Part shown: piece by piece, positions 20,554 to 32,572 of the stretch | Layout of the letters: each line of letters opens with the position of its first letter | Numbering within the stretch: the first letter of the stretch is position 1 | Notes under the pieces: generated by a model | The model's database searches: none | Seen by the model: only the letters and a program-made list of their open reading frames with translations | What the model was told of the DNA's origin: nothing | Translations under genes and position numbers: made by a program | Source: an uncultured Methanobacteriaceae archaeon | Lineage (GTDB): Archaea; Methanobacteriota; Methanobacteria; Methanobacteriales; Methanobacteriaceae | DNA length: 64,000 nucleotides | Reading direction: 5' to 3' | Assembly: GCA_963829125.1 (NCBI GenBank) | Contig: CAWHHD010000004.1 | Coordinates: 93,442-157,441, forward strand

Positions 20554-20974
20554 TTTAACGGTAATTAGTTTTAGAACTTCTAATCAGATTCCATTAACAT
20601 GGTCTATGTAATTTTTTTATATATATCAATTTTTAATATAATTGTCGGTGAATCAATGATTATTTTTTTAATTTAAAAAAAAATGATTAGTATGTTTTAT
20701 ATTGGTTAATTAACAAAGGTAAAATAGAATTTTGAGATTAATATTTACCCGTATTACATATATGGGCGGAGTTATGAAGTTGAAATTCATAAGTCCAATT
20801 TAATGTCATATATTTATTTGGAATACGATAATTTTAAATCATCTCAAAATAATACTAAAAGAAGATAAAAACAAATGGAATGGATATTTAGAGAATCTTC
20901 AAAGGATTAAGAAATTTACGGTTCTTTTTATATCTGCTTTTTTAGAATAAATTTCCATAAAAAGTTGTGAGATA

Positions 20975-22135
20975 ATGATTTCACCAAAAAAATATGCAAA
21001 ACCCGCAAGGATAATACCAAAAGGCTATAAAACAGCTAATGAGTTCTTTGATTTTGTCTTTAATGATAAAGACATGATCTGGATGGGTCAGAATACTAAT
21101 CATCTTCACGATGAGAATCAGATTATGGATTCAATGATGCAGAGCATTAAAAAACGTGATTATAATAAATATCCTCCACCAGAAGGTTTCCCCGAACTCA
21201 AAGAATTGATATTAGGAGATTTAGGGCTGCAAAATGAGTTTGATATCTTGGTAACAGCAGGGGGTACGGAATCTCTTTACTTGTGCACTAATGATATTCT
21301 AGCACCGGAAGACAATACCATAACATGCGATCCTGGTTATTTAATAATAGATAACTTTGCAAGTCGCTTTGGAGATCATGTCAAATCCGTACCCATATAC
21401 AATGCAGAATGCGGTTATAAACTCACCCCCGAGCTGGTTAGGGAGAATTTGGATAGTAATACCAAGTTAGTGTCATTAGTTGATCCTCTTAATCCCTTAG
21501 GATCATCCTATACTAAGGCTGAGTTGAAGGATTTTGCAGATCTTGCTACAGATAACGATATCTACCTGCTTCATGACATAACATACCGTGATTTTGCAAG
21601 GGATCATCATCTAATGGCAAAGATTGCTCCAGAACATACTGTAACAGTATACAGTTTCTCAAAGATATATGGTATGGCCGGGATGAGGATAGGTTCAGTA
21701 ATAGGTGTTCCGGACGTAATAAAATCCATCAAAACCATAGTAATAAATGATCTTGGAACCAATGTTGTATCACAGAGAGGTGCAATAGCCGCACTTAAAT
21801 CAAAAAAAGAGTGGTTAACTCGTATCAAAAAAACTACCAGATCCAATCAGGATATAATCAAGAAGGCAGTGGACCAGGTCGAAGGTGCATTCATACCAGT
21901 ATTCCCGTCTGATGGGAACATGCTGGCAATAGACATTTATGATACTGGTGTAACACCTCTGGAGATTTCTGAATACCTTCTCGACAGGAAGGTATTTACA
22001 AGAGAAGGATCATATACGAGCAAACTATTTGGAGAGAGATATCTACGTGTGAGCTTTTCAATACCGCCTGAACACGTAGAATATTTTGTTGAGATTTTCC
22101 TTAAAGGTATGAAGGTTCTTATGGGATCTAAATAA
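20975..22135 (+). CDS. PLP-dependent class I/II aminotransferase
   Basis: [32 protein letters not shown]. Confidence 0.9.
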   Translation: MISPKKYAKPARIIPKGYKTANEFFDFVFNDKDMIWMGQNTNHLHDENQIMDSMMQSIKKRDYNKYPPPEGFPELKELILGDLGLQNEFDILVTAGGTESLYLCTNDILAPEDNTITCDPGYLIIDNFASRFGDHVKSVPIYNAECGYKLTPELVRENLDSNTKLVSLVDPLNPLGSSYTKAELKDFADLATDNDIYLLHDITYRDFARDHHLMAKIAPEHTVTVYSFSKIYGMAGMRIGSVIGVPDVIKSIKTIVINDLGTNVVSQRGAIAALKSKKEWLTRIKKTTRSNQDIIKKAVDQVEGAFIPVFPSDGNMLAIDIYDTGVTPLEISEYLLDRKVFTREGSYTSKLFGERYLRVSFSIPPEHVEYFVEIFLKGMKVLMGSK

Positions 22136-22176
22136 TTTTTTATTTTTTTTTATTTGGTTTTGAATTTCAAGAATTA

Positions 22177-23814
22177 TTATACTCCTCTATCTCTGAAAAT
22201 TGATATAACAAGGAAAATTGCTAAAACTGTACTTATAACAAATCCTAAGACTCCTAAATAGGGAAACTTGATCATCAAAATTCCATTATCGGTTGTCATG
22301 ATCATTGATGAACCTATAAGAAGAGCTGAAAGTATTAATGCAACTGATAATTTATTGGTAATCCTTTCTAAACCCTCATGTTCCACTTTTATTTGTATAT
22401 CTCCTTCTTCAAGTTTGTTTAGGGTTTTATTAAGTGTTAATGGGACACTCTTCAAGATATGTTCCATTTCGATTACATTTTTCTTTATATAATCAATGAA
22501 GTTTAGAGGAGTGAGCTTCTTTCGTATTACCTGTTTAATTATAGGTTTGCATACTAATACTGCATTGAATGTAGGGTCTAATTTTTCTCCAGTTTCTTCA
22601 ACCATTCCAATACCTCTAGCGAGCAGAACAAATTCTCTCGGCATTGAAACATCATACTTTCTCATTAAATGTATTAAATCATTCATTCCACCATGAACTT
22701 CATTCAATTCTGTTCCGTAGTACTTATACATCATGTCGGTGAGATCATACTTTAAAGATCTTGTGTCTACACGTTCATCTATCATGTTCATGTATGTTAA
22801 TTGGTTAATCATTCCATTAACATTGTTATCAATGAAGTATATGATCAATTCAGCTAGATTCTGCTTAAATTCATCATCCAATACTCCCATCATCCCGAAG
22901 TCAATGTAACATATTACATCGTTTTCTAAGATGTATATATTGGATGGATGTGGATCTGCATGGAAAAATCCAAAGTCTATGACCTGTCTAAAATATGATA
23001 CTGCTCCACGTTCCGCTATTAACTTTAGATCAAACCCTTCAGCTTCAGTTACATCAGAAATCTTCTTTCCAATAATAAGTTCCATTGTAATTACTTTTAA
23101 TGTTGATAAATCGCTGTATATTTTAGGAACATGAATAGATTCATCTTCTCTGAAGTTGTAGCTGAATCTTTTTTGGTTTATGGCCTCGTTTTCATAATCA
23201 ATTTCCTTTAAAATGGAACGTTTAAACTCCTCAACAATGCTAGGAACATTGTAAATTTTAAACTGAGGTACATATCTATCGATTCTTTTGGCTAAAAACT
23301 GCATTATAGAAATATCACTTTTAATAAAATCTTCTACGCCAGGTTTTTGAACTTTAACAGCTACTTTTTCCCCAGTTTTAAGTAATGCACTATGGACTTG
23401 ACCTATAGATGCAGATCCTAAAGGTTCCTTATCAAAATTATTAAATATTTCCTCAATCGGTGATTTTAGTTCCTTTTCAATAACACCTTTAATAACTTCA
23501 AATTCAATGGGAGGGTTATCGTCCTGTAATTTAGTTAATTCATTTGCTATTTTTCTTCCGACGAGATCTGGACGAGTGCTTAATGTTTGACCTAATTTAA
23601 TGAAGGTGGGGCCCAACTCCTGCAGAACAAGTCTTAATCTTTTTGGTGCTGTTTCATCGAGTTCTTCCAATGATTCATAATCGTAGGATGGACCTATGAA
23701 AGGGATTTTGTGTTTCAGTTTAATTTTCTCTATCAAGTATCCAAATTCATATTTGGATAGTACTTTAATAATTTCTTCTAGTCTCTTCAGGTTTTTTTTA
23801 TCTTCTTTTACCAT
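22177..23814 (-). CDS. UbiB/AarF/ABC1 atypical kinase family protein
   Basis: LGPTFIKLGQ, SASIGQVH, VAVKVQKP, FFHADPHPSN, IDFGMMG; two C-terminal TM helices. Confidence 0.93.
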   Translation of the reverse strand: MVKEDKKNLKRLEEIIKVLSKYEFGYLIEKIKLKHKIPFIGPSYDYESLEELDETAPKRLRLVLQELGPTFIKLGQTLSTRPDLVGRKIANELTKLQDDNPPIEFEVIKGVIEKELKSPIEEIFNNFDKEPLGSASIGQVHSALLKTGEKVAVKVQKPGVEDFIKSDISIMQFLAKRIDRYVPQFKIYNVPSIVEEFKRSILKEIDYENEAINQKRFSYNFREDESIHVPKIYSDLSTLKVITMELIIGKKISDVTEAEGFDLKLIAERGAVSYFRQVIDFGFFHADPHPSNIYILENDVICYIDFGMMGVLDDEFKQNLAELIIYFIDNNVNGMINQLTYMNMIDERVDTRSLKYDLTDMMYKYYGTELNEVHGGMNDLIHLMRKYDVSMPREFVLLARGIGMVEETGEKLDPTFNAVLVCKPIIKQVIRKKLTPLNFIDYIKKNVIEMEHILKSVPLTLNKTLNKLEEGDIQIKVEHEGLERITNKLSVALILSALLIGSSMIMTTDNGILMIKFPYLGVLGFVISTVLAIFLVISIFRDRGV

Positions 23815-23996
23815 TAAAATACACCTTGAATCAATGGGAATATTTATAATTAAAAAAGATTATAAACCAATCATTATTTAGTCTTATTGATTTAAAAGCA
23901 ATGAAAATAGTATAATTAAGTAATAGATTTTAATTTTAGCATCATGAATATTAATTTCATAAAAAGAATTAAGATTAAAATGAGAATAAAGAGTCT

Positions 23997-25772
23997 TCAA
24001 CTTTCCAAATAGTAATACTCTCCTTTTTCCTTCTGTTCCCTGTCAAGATAACTTCCAAGCTTGTTAACCCGTGGTCTTTTCGTTTCTTTATCTCTTCTGA
24101 AGGTTATTCCAACTGATGACAGGAAACTGTTCATTGCAGATCTGAGGTTCATTGGACTGGATGCATGTCCCTTTACTCCTGGTTCGCCGTTAAAGACCAT
24201 TGCACGATCGGAAATGTAATCTATAAATACAATGTCGTGATCTATGATAATTGCAGCAGCGTTACGACTCTCAACAACTCTTTTAATAGCTTTTGCAGCT
24301 TTTAACCTCTGTTCAACATCTAAAAATGCTGTTGGTTCGTCAAATAGATATATTTCTGATTCTCTGGATAATGTTACCGCAACTGAAAGCCTCTGAAGTT
24401 CCCCTCCACTGAGTTCATCTACCTCCTTGTCAAGTAAAGCCTCTAATGAGAAAGGTTTTAGTATTTCAGTTTTGAACATGTTGGAGCCGTACGTGGGGGC
24501 TGTTGTTATCAATAATTCCTGAACCGTACCATCAAAGTCAGATACAAGGTATTGTGGTTTATAGGCTATGGTTATATTCTTATTGATCTTGCCTTTATCG
24601 GGTTTGGTAACTCCAGCCAGTATCTTTGCAAACGTCGTTTTACCAATACCATTGGGTCCGAAAGCTGTTATAATCTCATCATGCTGAACTTGACCTTCTT
24701 CTGCTTCTAGATTAAATCCATTATAAGATTTTTTTAGTTGTGAATATTCTGCAAGAACTTCAGCTTCAATATCGGGGGCAGGAGGCTTCACATCAAAGAC
24801 TATTGGTTGTTTTCGGAATCTAACATTTTCCTCTCTAAGGAAACCGTTTATATATGTATTAATACCGACCCGAACTCCTCTCATATTTGAAACAACACCA
24901 TAAGCTCCGGGTTGACCATATAAAATATGAACGTAATCTGATATAGCATCTAGTGCTGCCAGATCGTGTTCTATTACCATTACAGATTTTCCAGCTTCGG
25001 CAAGATTTCTTACAACTTTGACGGCATTTAAACGCTGTCTTACATCAAGCCAAGATGTTGGTTCGTCAAAGTAATAAAAATCAGCTTCTCTAAGTGCTGC
25101 TGCAGCAATTGCAACCCTTTGAAGTTCTCCTCCACTTAATTTTGAAACATCACGACCAAGTATAGATCTCAGTTCCAGATAGTCCATTACCTCCTCCATT
25201 ACACCTCGTTCATCCACACTTTCCATTAACTTTTGAACGTTTCCCTTAACGAATTTGGGAAGTAGATCAACCATTTGTGGTTTATGAACTACTTTTAGCT
25301 CTCCATTTGAAAGTTTTTTGAAGTATAACTGCAGCTGTGAACCTTTGAAGTAATTCACAACTTCTTCCCAAGATACATTTTCATCAAATTTTCCAAGATT
25401 TGGCTTCAGTTCTCCTGAAAGGATCCTTATAATGGTAGATTTACCAATACCGTTCGGTCCCAATATTCCGACAACAGATCCTTCTCTAATATTAGGCAAA
25501 CCAAAAAGTTCAAACATATTCTGCCCATATCGATGAATTGGGTCCTCAAGGGCTTCTGGTAGGTTTATAATGCTTACAGCATTAAAGGGACATCTATTAG
25601 TGCAAATACCACATCCTGAACAGAGTTCTTCAGAAAGTATTGGTTTTTTTGTTTTCTTATCGATTATTATGGTGTCTTCTTCCATTCTAACACCTGGACA
25701 ATATTCAATGCAAACATAGTTACATTTCTTGGGCTGGCATCGATCATGGTCTAATATGGATATTCTCGTCAA
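23997..25772 (-). CDS. Ribosome recycling ATPase ABCE1 (RLI)
   Basis: N-terminal Fe-S (CQPKKC...CP...CSGCGIC...CP) and two ABC domains ([17 protein letters not shown]). Confidence 0.97.
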   Translation of the reverse strand: MTRISILDHDRCQPKKCNYVCIEYCPGVRMEEDTIIIDKKTKKPILSEELCSGCGICTNRCPFNAVSIINLPEALEDPIHRYGQNMFELFGLPNIREGSVVGILGPNGIGKSTIIRILSGELKPNLGKFDENVSWEEVVNYFKGSQLQLYFKKLSNGELKVVHKPQMVDLLPKFVKGNVQKLMESVDERGVMEEVMDYLELRSILGRDVSKLSGGELQRVAIAAAALREADFYYFDEPTSWLDVRQRLNAVKVVRNLAEAGKSVMVIEHDLAALDAISDYVHILYGQPGAYGVVSNMRGVRVGINTYINGFLREENVRFRKQPIVFDVKPPAPDIEAEVLAEYSQLKKSYNGFNLEAEEGQVQHDEIITAFGPNGIGKTTFAKILAGVTKPDKGKINKNITIAYKPQYLVSDFDGTVQELLITTAPTYGSNMFKTEILKPFSLEALLDKEVDELSGGELQRLSVAVTLSRESEIYLFDEPTAFLDVEQRLKAAKAIKRVVESRNAAAIIIDHDIVFIDYISDRAMVFNGEPGVKGHASSPMNLRSAMNSFLSSVGITFRRDKETKRPRVNKLGSYLDREQKEKGEYYYLES

Positions 25773-25968
25773 ATTAATCACCAAATAAAATGAGTTTCAA
25801 ATTTTTTAATTAATTTAGATTATAATGATGTATTGGTGCTGTTTGGTATAAAATTTATTATATAATTGGAAACCTAAAAATTGAAAATGATTCTACATGT
25901 CTAAACTAAAATAGTGTTATCCTATTCAGTAAAGAAATTATAATTAAAATAAAAAAAAGAAAATAGAA

Positions 25969-26175
25969 TTAGATTGCTTTAAGAGCTAATTCTATGTCTG
26001 ATGCTTTAACGGTTTTCCTTCCTGCGTGCTTTGCAAGTTTAACAGCTTCTATAGCTATCATTTCACCTTTCTCTTCAAGCACTTTGGCTAACTCGTCTCT
26101 TGCGTCGTCGCTTATTCTCTGGGCACCAGCATTTTTAATGATTCTTCCTACTGGAGCAACTGGTAATTCAGTCAT
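25969..26175 (-). CDS. Archaeal histone (HMf family)
   Basis: [23 protein letters not shown]...[14 protein letters not shown]. Confidence 0.97.
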   Translation of the reverse strand: MTELPVAPVGRIIKNAGAQRISDDARDELAKVLEEKGEMIAIEAVKLAKHAGRKTVKASDIELALKAI

Positions 26176-26567
26176 TTATACCACCTCATTGATTTATTAG
26201 GACGCCATAGTATTTAAGTTTGTTGTTTATATCTGTATTGATAACCCATACCGCTATTCTGTCTTCATCAAAATCCTTTACAACATATCTCTCATTAATG
26301 TGTTTTCGATTTTGTATATCATAGTTAAAACTTAGCATATGATTGTGAAAAATATGGAAAATTTCATAATTCAATAAAAATAATTTTAGTTTAGAAATGA
26401 TCAATACCAAATAAATTTCAATAAAAAAAATGAAATACTTATTAATAATATTTCTATAGAAAAACTTTAATTCTTTCTAAAGACAGTTGCAAAATCCAAT
26501 TCAAAAAAAATACTGATAATTTTTTTTTGTAGATTGACTTAATGTTCAATGACAAGGAGGATGAAAT

Positions 26568-27023
26568 ATGACTATTAAACTAACTAGTGAGGTATTTAAA
26601 GAGGGGGAAACTATACCCGATCGATATGCTTGTAGGGGAGTTAATGTTTCCCCTCCTCTAGAATGGGAAAATGTAGAAGGAACAATTAAATATGTTATTA
26701 TTTGTGAGGATCCCGATGCCTCTTCGGTTGCATGGACACATTGGATATTATTCAATATACCCCGTGACACAACCCGTCTTTCTGAATGGATTATGGAACG
26801 GGAAGAAATTGATGACGGTACAAAACAAGGATTCAACGATTTTGGAACCATAGGTTATAGAGGGCCTTGTCCACCTGGAGGTACCCACAGGTATTACTTC
26901 AAAGTATACGCACTTGATACAATAATTCAACTACCCGCAAAGATCAATAAAGAGGATCTTTTAAAAGCTATGAAAGGCCATATATTAGATGAAGGCCATT
27001 TAATGGGACGTTATACTCGATAG
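26568..27023 (+). CDS. YbhB/YbcL (PEBP/Raf-kinase-inhibitor-like) family protein
   Basis: SPPLEW, DPDA, WTHW, YRGPCPP.GTHRYYF.VYALD. Confidence 0.92.
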   Translation: MTIKLTSEVFKEGETIPDRYACRGVNVSPPLEWENVEGTIKYVIICEDPDASSVAWTHWILFNIPRDTTRLSEWIMEREEIDDGTKQGFNDFGTIGYRGPCPPGGTHRYYFKVYALDTIIQLPAKINKEDLLKAMKGHILDEGHLMGRYTR

Positions 27024-27099
27024 TCTTTTAAAATAAGCAAATTCAAAAAAATTTAAAGTATAAAACTAAAAATAATATAAAATTATATACTATGATATC

Positions 27100-28236
27100 T
27101 TGATAAATTCTTTTCCGGGAGTAAAGATGAAGCTAGAAGTTGAATACATGGTGGAAACACTGAAAATGGCATTAAAACCCATTATTGAACAGGGATTGAC
27201 AGAATATTCTAATATTGATCTAACTGAAAAGCTTGGATTTTCCATTGAAAAGGTTATGTATCATGAAAAAACACGAGATCTTATAATAATAACACCGGAT
27301 AGACCTGAAAAGTCATCTGTAATTGGTAAGGGTGGTTGGGTGGTTGGAAGATTACGTGAAGAGCTTAATGTCAACTCGATCCATGTTGATACTTATTCTG
27401 ATATAATCATAAGAATATATAGAATGGATCTTGCAATGAAACGACTTGAAAAGATTGTTCAAACGATTGACACAAACATCAGCTTACCGCTTAGAAATTT
27501 GCAGGATTTATTAAGGTTACGTATGGATAATTTGGGACAATTTAATTTCTTCATGGATTATGGATCTGATTTAGAATTCTTAAAATCTAATAAGATATTA
27601 AAAAATGAACAAATCAGAAAAGAAAATATATCTGTCGATAATAAAGCTATTGTTGCACTTTCGGGGGGAGTCGATAGCAGCTTTTCACTGATTGTTGCCA
27701 AATTGATGGGTTTCGATCCATTGGCAGTAACCGTCGATCCGGGTAACATAATTCTACCATCATACTTTAAAAATAATGTTGAAAACCTTTCTAAAAGCCT
27801 TAACGTTCCCCATAAATATATTAAAGTCGATATGAGTTCTATTGTAAAAGACTCTCTTGAAGGCAGAATTCATCCTTGTGGAAAATGTTCAAAAACTATT
27901 GAGAATGCTTTATTAAAATATACAAAAAAATCAGAAATTCCCTTTATCATCTTTGGAGATTTTCTTGCTACAGGATCACAGTCAATAACATCTATTGACG
28001 GATTTTGGAGGATTAACTTGCCAGCAATGCTCTCTGCTACTAAAGGAGAAACAAAGTCCTTAGCATCCTACTTTGATATAAGAAGTAGGGGTGGATATGG
28101 ATGTCCATTAATAAACGAGGTTCACAAGATGCATCCTCACATGCGTAGATATTCTATACAAAGAATCCTAAGGGAAACCAGGGCAGGTATTTTGGAGCCG
28201 GGTCAAGCTCTGAGTTTGATTACCAAAACTTTATAA
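27100..28236 (+). CDS. Uncharacterised PP-loop ATPase with N-terminal KH-like domain
   Basis: VIGKGGWVV (GxxG KH loop), VALSGGVDS (PP-loop), HPCGKC and YGCP cysteines. Confidence 0.8.
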   Translation: MINSFPGVKMKLEVEYMVETLKMALKPIIEQGLTEYSNIDLTEKLGFSIEKVMYHEKTRDLIIITPDRPEKSSVIGKGGWVVGRLREELNVNSIHVDTYSDIIIRIYRMDLAMKRLEKIVQTIDTNISLPLRNLQDLLRLRMDNLGQFNFFMDYGSDLEFLKSNKILKNEQIRKENISVDNKAIVALSGGVDSSFSLIVAKLMGFDPLAVTVDPGNIILPSYFKNNVENLSKSLNVPHKYIKVDMSSIVKDSLEGRIHPCGKCSKTIENALLKYTKKSEIPFIIFGDFLATGSQSITSIDGFWRINLPAMLSATKGETKSLASYFDIRSRGGYGCPLINEVHKMHPHMRRYSIQRILRETRAGILEPGQALSLITKTL

Positions 28237-28248
28237 TCTCTATTAAGA

Positions 28249-28401
28249 TTATTCCATTCCTCTGTTAACCAATTCCATTATACCGTATATAATGAGTAAA
28301 ATTCCAAGCAGCCAAGGTAATACAACTGGTGCTACTATAAATATTATACCCACTATTATGGCAATTATACCCATTATTTCGCGTCTAGTGTTTGAGTTCA
28401 T
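28249..28401 (-). CDS. 50-aa two-helix membrane microprotein (not in ORF track)
   Basis: Read by hand: MNSNTRREIMGIIAIIVGIIFIVAPVVLPWLLGILLIIYGIMELVNRGME. Confidence 0.65.
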   Translation of the reverse strand: MNSNTRREIMGIIAIIVGIIFIVAPVVLPWLLGILLIIYGIMELVNRGME

Positions 28402-28610
28402 GTATTATATTATGTAAAAGCGACTATATAATTTTAATGAAAAAATTGTTAATACACCATATTACCATTTAAATTGTAATAATAATGGATTATAATGTTT
28501 CAAATTTAATTTAAAATAAATACTCCTTGTTACTATAAATTATTATTTTAATAAATATGTATTTGAGAATAATAAAAATTAAATTTAATTAAAAAAGTAT
28601 AAAGATGAGT

Positions 28611-30017
28611 CTAATTACGTGCATCTTTAATAAATTCTTCTAAACTCAAAATTGATTCCTTTACAGCTTTGGGAGAGGGTCCGCCTTTAACATCCCTTGT
28701 TTTAATAATTTCATATGGATCCAAAGCTTTTTCAACCAATTCTGGTTTTATTTTAAGGGGAGATCCGTTAATATCAATCGCTATTTTATCTAAAAATTCT
28801 GAATCAATATTTTCTGGTTTAATTCCTTCATCAATAGCTTCTGTAACGGTTCTACCTACAATCTGATGAGCGATTCTAAATGGAAGATTTTTCTCACGGA
28901 CCATAAGATCTGCAAGTTCTGTTGCTGTTGAAAAATTAGCCTTTGCCAGCTTCATCCCCCTATCAGTGTTGAAACTCACCGATGATAGCATTTTACATGT
29001 GATATTCAGCATTGAACGTGCAGTATCAACAGCATTCCAGAGATGAGGTGTGACTTCCTGGAGGTCTCTATTGTAGCTGTGTGGTAGTGCCTTAAGGATG
29101 GTCAGTATGGTTACTAGTTCCCCATATAACACACCGGTTTTAGAACGAGAAATCTCAGCGACGTCTGGATTTTTCTTCTGAGGCATTATTGATGAAGTTG
29201 AAGAGTACTCATCTGCTATTTCAATCAGCCGGAATTCATACGAGCTCCATATTATAAGTTCCTCACTGATCCTGCTCAGGTTTGAAGCGAGCATTGTTAG
29301 TGCAAAGACAGTTTCTGCCATAAAGTCTCTTGAGCTAACAGCGTCCATGGAATTTTCCATGACTCTGCTGAAACCTAAAAGTTCAGCTGTCCGCTCACGA
29401 TTGATTGGAAAACCTGTTCCTGTCAGGGCAGCTGATCCAAGAGGGCAGATATCCACACGTTTTTTTGCATCTTGAATCCTTTCAAAGTCACGTTTAACTT
29501 CATTTGCGTATGCCATTAGGTGATGTGCGAATGTAGTTGGTTGTGCATGCTGGAGATGTGTGTAACCTACCATAACTGTTTCAGTATGATTGGATGCCAT
29601 TTCAAGGATTGTTTCAATGAAATTTAGAATATCATTTTCTATCCTTTCAATTTCATCCTTTAGAATGAGTCTTAGATCTGTAGCTACTTGATCATTTCTT
29701 GATTTGCCAGTGTGCATGAATCCTGCAACATCGCCAATTTTTTCGGTTACATAGTTTTCAAGTGCCATGTGAATATCTTCAACGGACGGATCTAAATTCA
29801 AAGAAATAATCCCTTCAGATTTAAGTTCTTTAAGAGCATTTATAATCTTATCTGCATCTGCTTCTGCTATTATGCACTGCTCCTTAAGCATAGTGGTGTG
29901 AGCTATGTTACACCTTATATCTGCATTAAAGATTCTCCTGTCAAATTCAAGGGAGGATGTAAATGATGCTGCATCAGCAGTCATCTTACCTTTAAGCCTT
30001 CCAGACCTCAGATTCAA
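28611..30017 (-). CDS. argH: Argininosuccinate lyase
   Basis: [45 protein letters not shown]. Confidence 0.97.
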   Translation of the reverse strand: MNLRSGRLKGKMTADAASFTSSLEFDRRIFNADIRCNIAHTTMLKEQCIIAEADADKIINALKELKSEGIISLNLDPSVEDIHMALENYVTEKIGDVAGFMHTGKSRNDQVATDLRLILKDEIERIENDILNFIETILEMASNHTETVMVGYTHLQHAQPTTFAHHLMAYANEVKRDFERIQDAKKRVDICPLGSAALTGTGFPINRERTAELLGFSRVMENSMDAVSSRDFMAETVFALTMLASNLSRISEELIIWSSYEFRLIEIADEYSSTSSIMPQKKNPDVAEISRSKTGVLYGELVTILTILKALPHSYNRDLQEVTPHLWNAVDTARSMLNITCKMLSSVSFNTDRGMKLAKANFSTATELADLMVREKNLPFRIAHQIVGRTVTEAIDEGIKPENIDSEFLDKIAIDINGSPLKIKPELVEKALDPYEIIKTRDVKGGPSPKAVKESILSLEEFIKDARN

Positions 30018-30074
30018 AAAAAAATCACCCATTTTTTTATTTTATAATAATATGAATTCCATAAAAATAATTTA

Positions 30075-30239
30075 TTATTTCTTGGATTCTTTACCCTTGA
30101 ATTGGGTGTATCCACATTTTCCACATGCGTATCGGTCGCCGTGATCAGCCATGAAAACTCCATGGGAGCATCTAACACATTCTGGATTTTTTCTTATGAT
30201 CTTATTATCTTTTACTTCGTAGAGTTCGAATTTTTTCAT
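30075..30239 (-). CDS. rps27ae: 30S ribosomal protein S27ae (not in ORF track)
   Basis: Read by hand: [47 protein letters not shown]. Confidence 0.95.
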   Translation of the reverse strand: MKKFELYEVKDNKIIRKNPECVRCSHGVFMADHGDRYACGKCGYTQFKGKESKK

Positions 30240-30250
30240 TGTAACCCTCC

Positions 30251-30559
30251 TTATTCAGCTTCTTCCTTTTCTTCTTTAGTTGCTTCTTTGTTTTTTACTA
30301 CAACATGTTCCCTTTCGATTTTAGCGAGACTCTCCACTGAATCGTAAAGTTTTGCATATCCATTTGCTTTACCCTCACCATAAGATGGTTTCAGGTTGTG
30401 AACTACTAGAAGGTTTTTGTCAACATTTAAAGTTGCAACAAGCCTATTTTTAACATCCAAGACCTTAGGGGTTGATTCACCCTGGTAAATGCATTCAAAG
30501 CGTATTTCAGTTCTGTTTAATAGCGGGTTCTCTATTTTTTCATTTATAGTGATTTCCAT
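30251..30559 (-). CDS. rps24e: 30S ribosomal protein S24e
   Basis: [27 protein letters not shown]; cluster context. Confidence 0.95.
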   Translation of the reverse strand: MEITINEKIENPLLNRTEIRFECIYQGESTPKVLDVKNRLVATLNVDKNLLVVHNLKPSYGEGKANGYAKLYDSVESLAKIEREHVVVKNKEATKEEKEEAE

Positions 30560-30560
30560 A

Positions 30561-31070
30561 TTATGCCTCCTCTAACTTTTTGATAAGGTCTTCAGCCTTC
30601 TCTTTTACTTTATCAACTTCACAAAGAACAACGCCTTCTCCTGGTTGTCCATAGAATATTATTGAACCAGGTGGAGCCATTACAATACATGGAATTGCAG
30701 AGAGATCTTCTTCTCCTTCAACAACAATCAGTACTTTGTATCCAGCCTTTTCAACAAGACTGAATCCTTCCTTAATTGTTTTCCACAATTGATCTGTTAT
30801 GGTACCAGACGGGTTTCTTGTTTTTAATGTAACATTATCATAACATATCTCATAGTCAGATGGTTGTCTCTCTATCATATTATCCACAATGCCCACATCG
30901 GGTATTATACCTTCATCAAGCATTTTACGTGTAGTTACATCGCCAATGGATATTATGAGACTTTTGTCTCCCTTAGAGCTTATTGGACCTTTTGCATGAG
31001 ATATAGACGGATATAGTGTACCTATAGGCTTTTTAAACTCTGATCTCATCTCTTTTTTTAGTATTAACAC
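30561..31070 (-). CDS. GTP-dependent dephospho-CoA kinase (DUF359)
   Basis: IGDVTT, VDNMIER, NPSGTIT, VEGEEDL, YGQPGEG; position between spt4 and rps24e. Confidence 0.9.
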   Translation of the reverse strand: MLILKKEMRSEFKKPIGTLYPSISHAKGPISSKGDKSLIISIGDVTTRKMLDEGIIPDVGIVDNMIERQPSDYEICYDNVTLKTRNPSGTITDQLWKTIKEGFSLVEKAGYKVLIVVEGEEDLSAIPCIVMAPPGSIIFYGQPGEGVVLCEVDKVKEKAEDLIKKLEEA

Positions 31071-31252
31071 TATCTAACCCTCAGAGCGTATTCTCCTGGT
31101 AGAGTAATGTTCAGTTCCTTGGCTATATCTGATTTATCAGGATCAACAACGATTAAAAAGCCGCTCCAATTTCTTGAAGAGGCAATGTTGCATATTGCAC
31201 ACCTATCCTCTTCCATGAGTCTGTGACATCTTGTACATGCTTTTAAAACCAT
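31070..31252 (-). CDS. spt4: Transcription elongation factor Spt4 (RpoE'')
   Basis: ACTRC...CAIC, WSG..IVVDP..S.IA, PGEYALRVR. Confidence 0.95.
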   Translation of the reverse strand: MVLKACTRCHRLMEEDRCAICNIASSRNWSGFLIVVDPDKSDIAKELNITLPGEYALRVR

Positions 31253-31843
31253 CTATTTTTTCCCCTTTGTAGTAGATTTTCCTTTTGTAGGTTTCTTTTT
31301 ATTTTTTTCCTCGTCAATCCACTCGAATCTTCCAAGGCCGGGTTGTCTCATTGTAAGACCTATTTTGGTTTCCTTTGAAGATTTTCCTTTCAAGCTCAAT
31401 GCAACAATTCTTGCACGGACCTTGTTACCTTCTTCAAGGCTTTTCTTAGATTCTTTACCAATCAATGCCCCTCTCTTTCCATCGTAATTTATGTAGTCAT
31501 CTGTAACTTGGGATACGTGTACAAGTCCGTCCATAGGTCCTATACGGATGAATGCTCCGAATTCGGTTATTTCTATGACTTCTCCTTCCACTATCTCATG
31601 CAGTTCTGGTTTAAAGAAAAGTGCTGTGAATATGACGTCATGATATGCTGCGCCGTCACCCATTATGACCTTTCCAGTGCCTAATTCTTCTATTTCTTTT
31701 ACTGTTACCATCAATCCAAGTTTTTTATCAATCTTTCCAACGTAGCTTTCATTTAAAATTTCTACTGCAACGTTTTCTAAAGGATCTCCAAACTTGCTTG
31801 GTGGGATTCTCACAGTGTCTTCTATTTTGGATACTAAATACAA
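31253..31843 (-). CDS. rpo7: RNA polymerase subunit Rpo7 (E')
   Basis: VRIPP, GDGAAYH, S1 domain [29 protein letters not shown]. Confidence 0.96.
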   Translation of the reverse strand: MYLVSKIEDTVRIPPSKFGDPLENVAVEILNESYVGKIDKKLGLMVTVKEIEELGTGKVIMGDGAAYHDVIFTALFFKPELHEIVEGEVIEITEFGAFIRIGPMDGLVHVSQVTDDYINYDGKRGALIGKESKKSLEEGNKVRARIVALSLKGKSSKETKIGLTMRQPGLGRFEWIDEEKNKKKPTKGKSTTKGKK

Positions 31844-31964
31844 TCAAATCCCTCTACTTTGCTTTAATAAAGTTTAAGCAAATATTTATGTTTATTTTTT
31901 TTAATGTTATTTTAATATGAACTTCATACTGTATGAACTTTTGTTAATTACTGTTTTGATCTGA

Positions 31965-32486
31965 TCACATCTCATTGTACAATTCTTGGGAGTGTTTTAT
32001 GGCTTCAAATGCCTTTTCTGCATTTTCCCATCCTAAAACATTGGTTGTTTTGCCTTCGAGTTTTTTGTAGTCAGAGAAGAAGTGTTCAATTTCATCTAAA
32101 AATTGTTGAGGGACATCGTTGATATCTCTGATATCTGTAAATCTAGGATCATTTACTGGTACTCCCAGTATTTTATCGTCGCTGTCTCCTCCGTCTATCA
32201 TTCTCATGATTCCAATCGGCCGGGTTTCTATAACACAACCTGGAAATGTAGCTTGGTCCATAATAACCAGTACATCCATTGGATCTCCATCATCCCAGAG
32301 TGTTTGAGGTATTATACCGTACTCAGCAGGATAGTGAAATGGGGAATATAGAACTCTGTCAAGTGCAAATGCTTCCATATCCTTATCATATTCGTATTTA
32401 TTCCTCGATCCTTTTGGAATTTCCACAACAGCGTATATTACTTCTGGATCTGATGGTCCAGTTGGTATATCCTTCCAGAGATTCAT
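31965..32486 (-). CDS. ppa: Inorganic pyrophosphatase (family I)
   Basis: [32 protein letters not shown]. Confidence 0.97.
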   Translation of the reverse strand: MNLWKDIPTGPSDPEVIYAVVEIPKGSRNKYEYDKDMEAFALDRVLYSPFHYPAEYGIIPQTLWDDGDPMDVLVIMDQATFPGCVIETRPIGIMRMIDGGDSDDKILGVPVNDPRFTDIRDINDVPQQFLDEIEHFFSDYKKLEGKTTNVLGWENAEKAFEAIKHSQELYNEM

Positions 32487-32572
32487 ATTTAATTCCTCCT
32501 GCAACTTATGTTTACAAAATTTAATTTTATTATTATCTGTTTATCTGGTATGATTCTATGATATTGATATGA

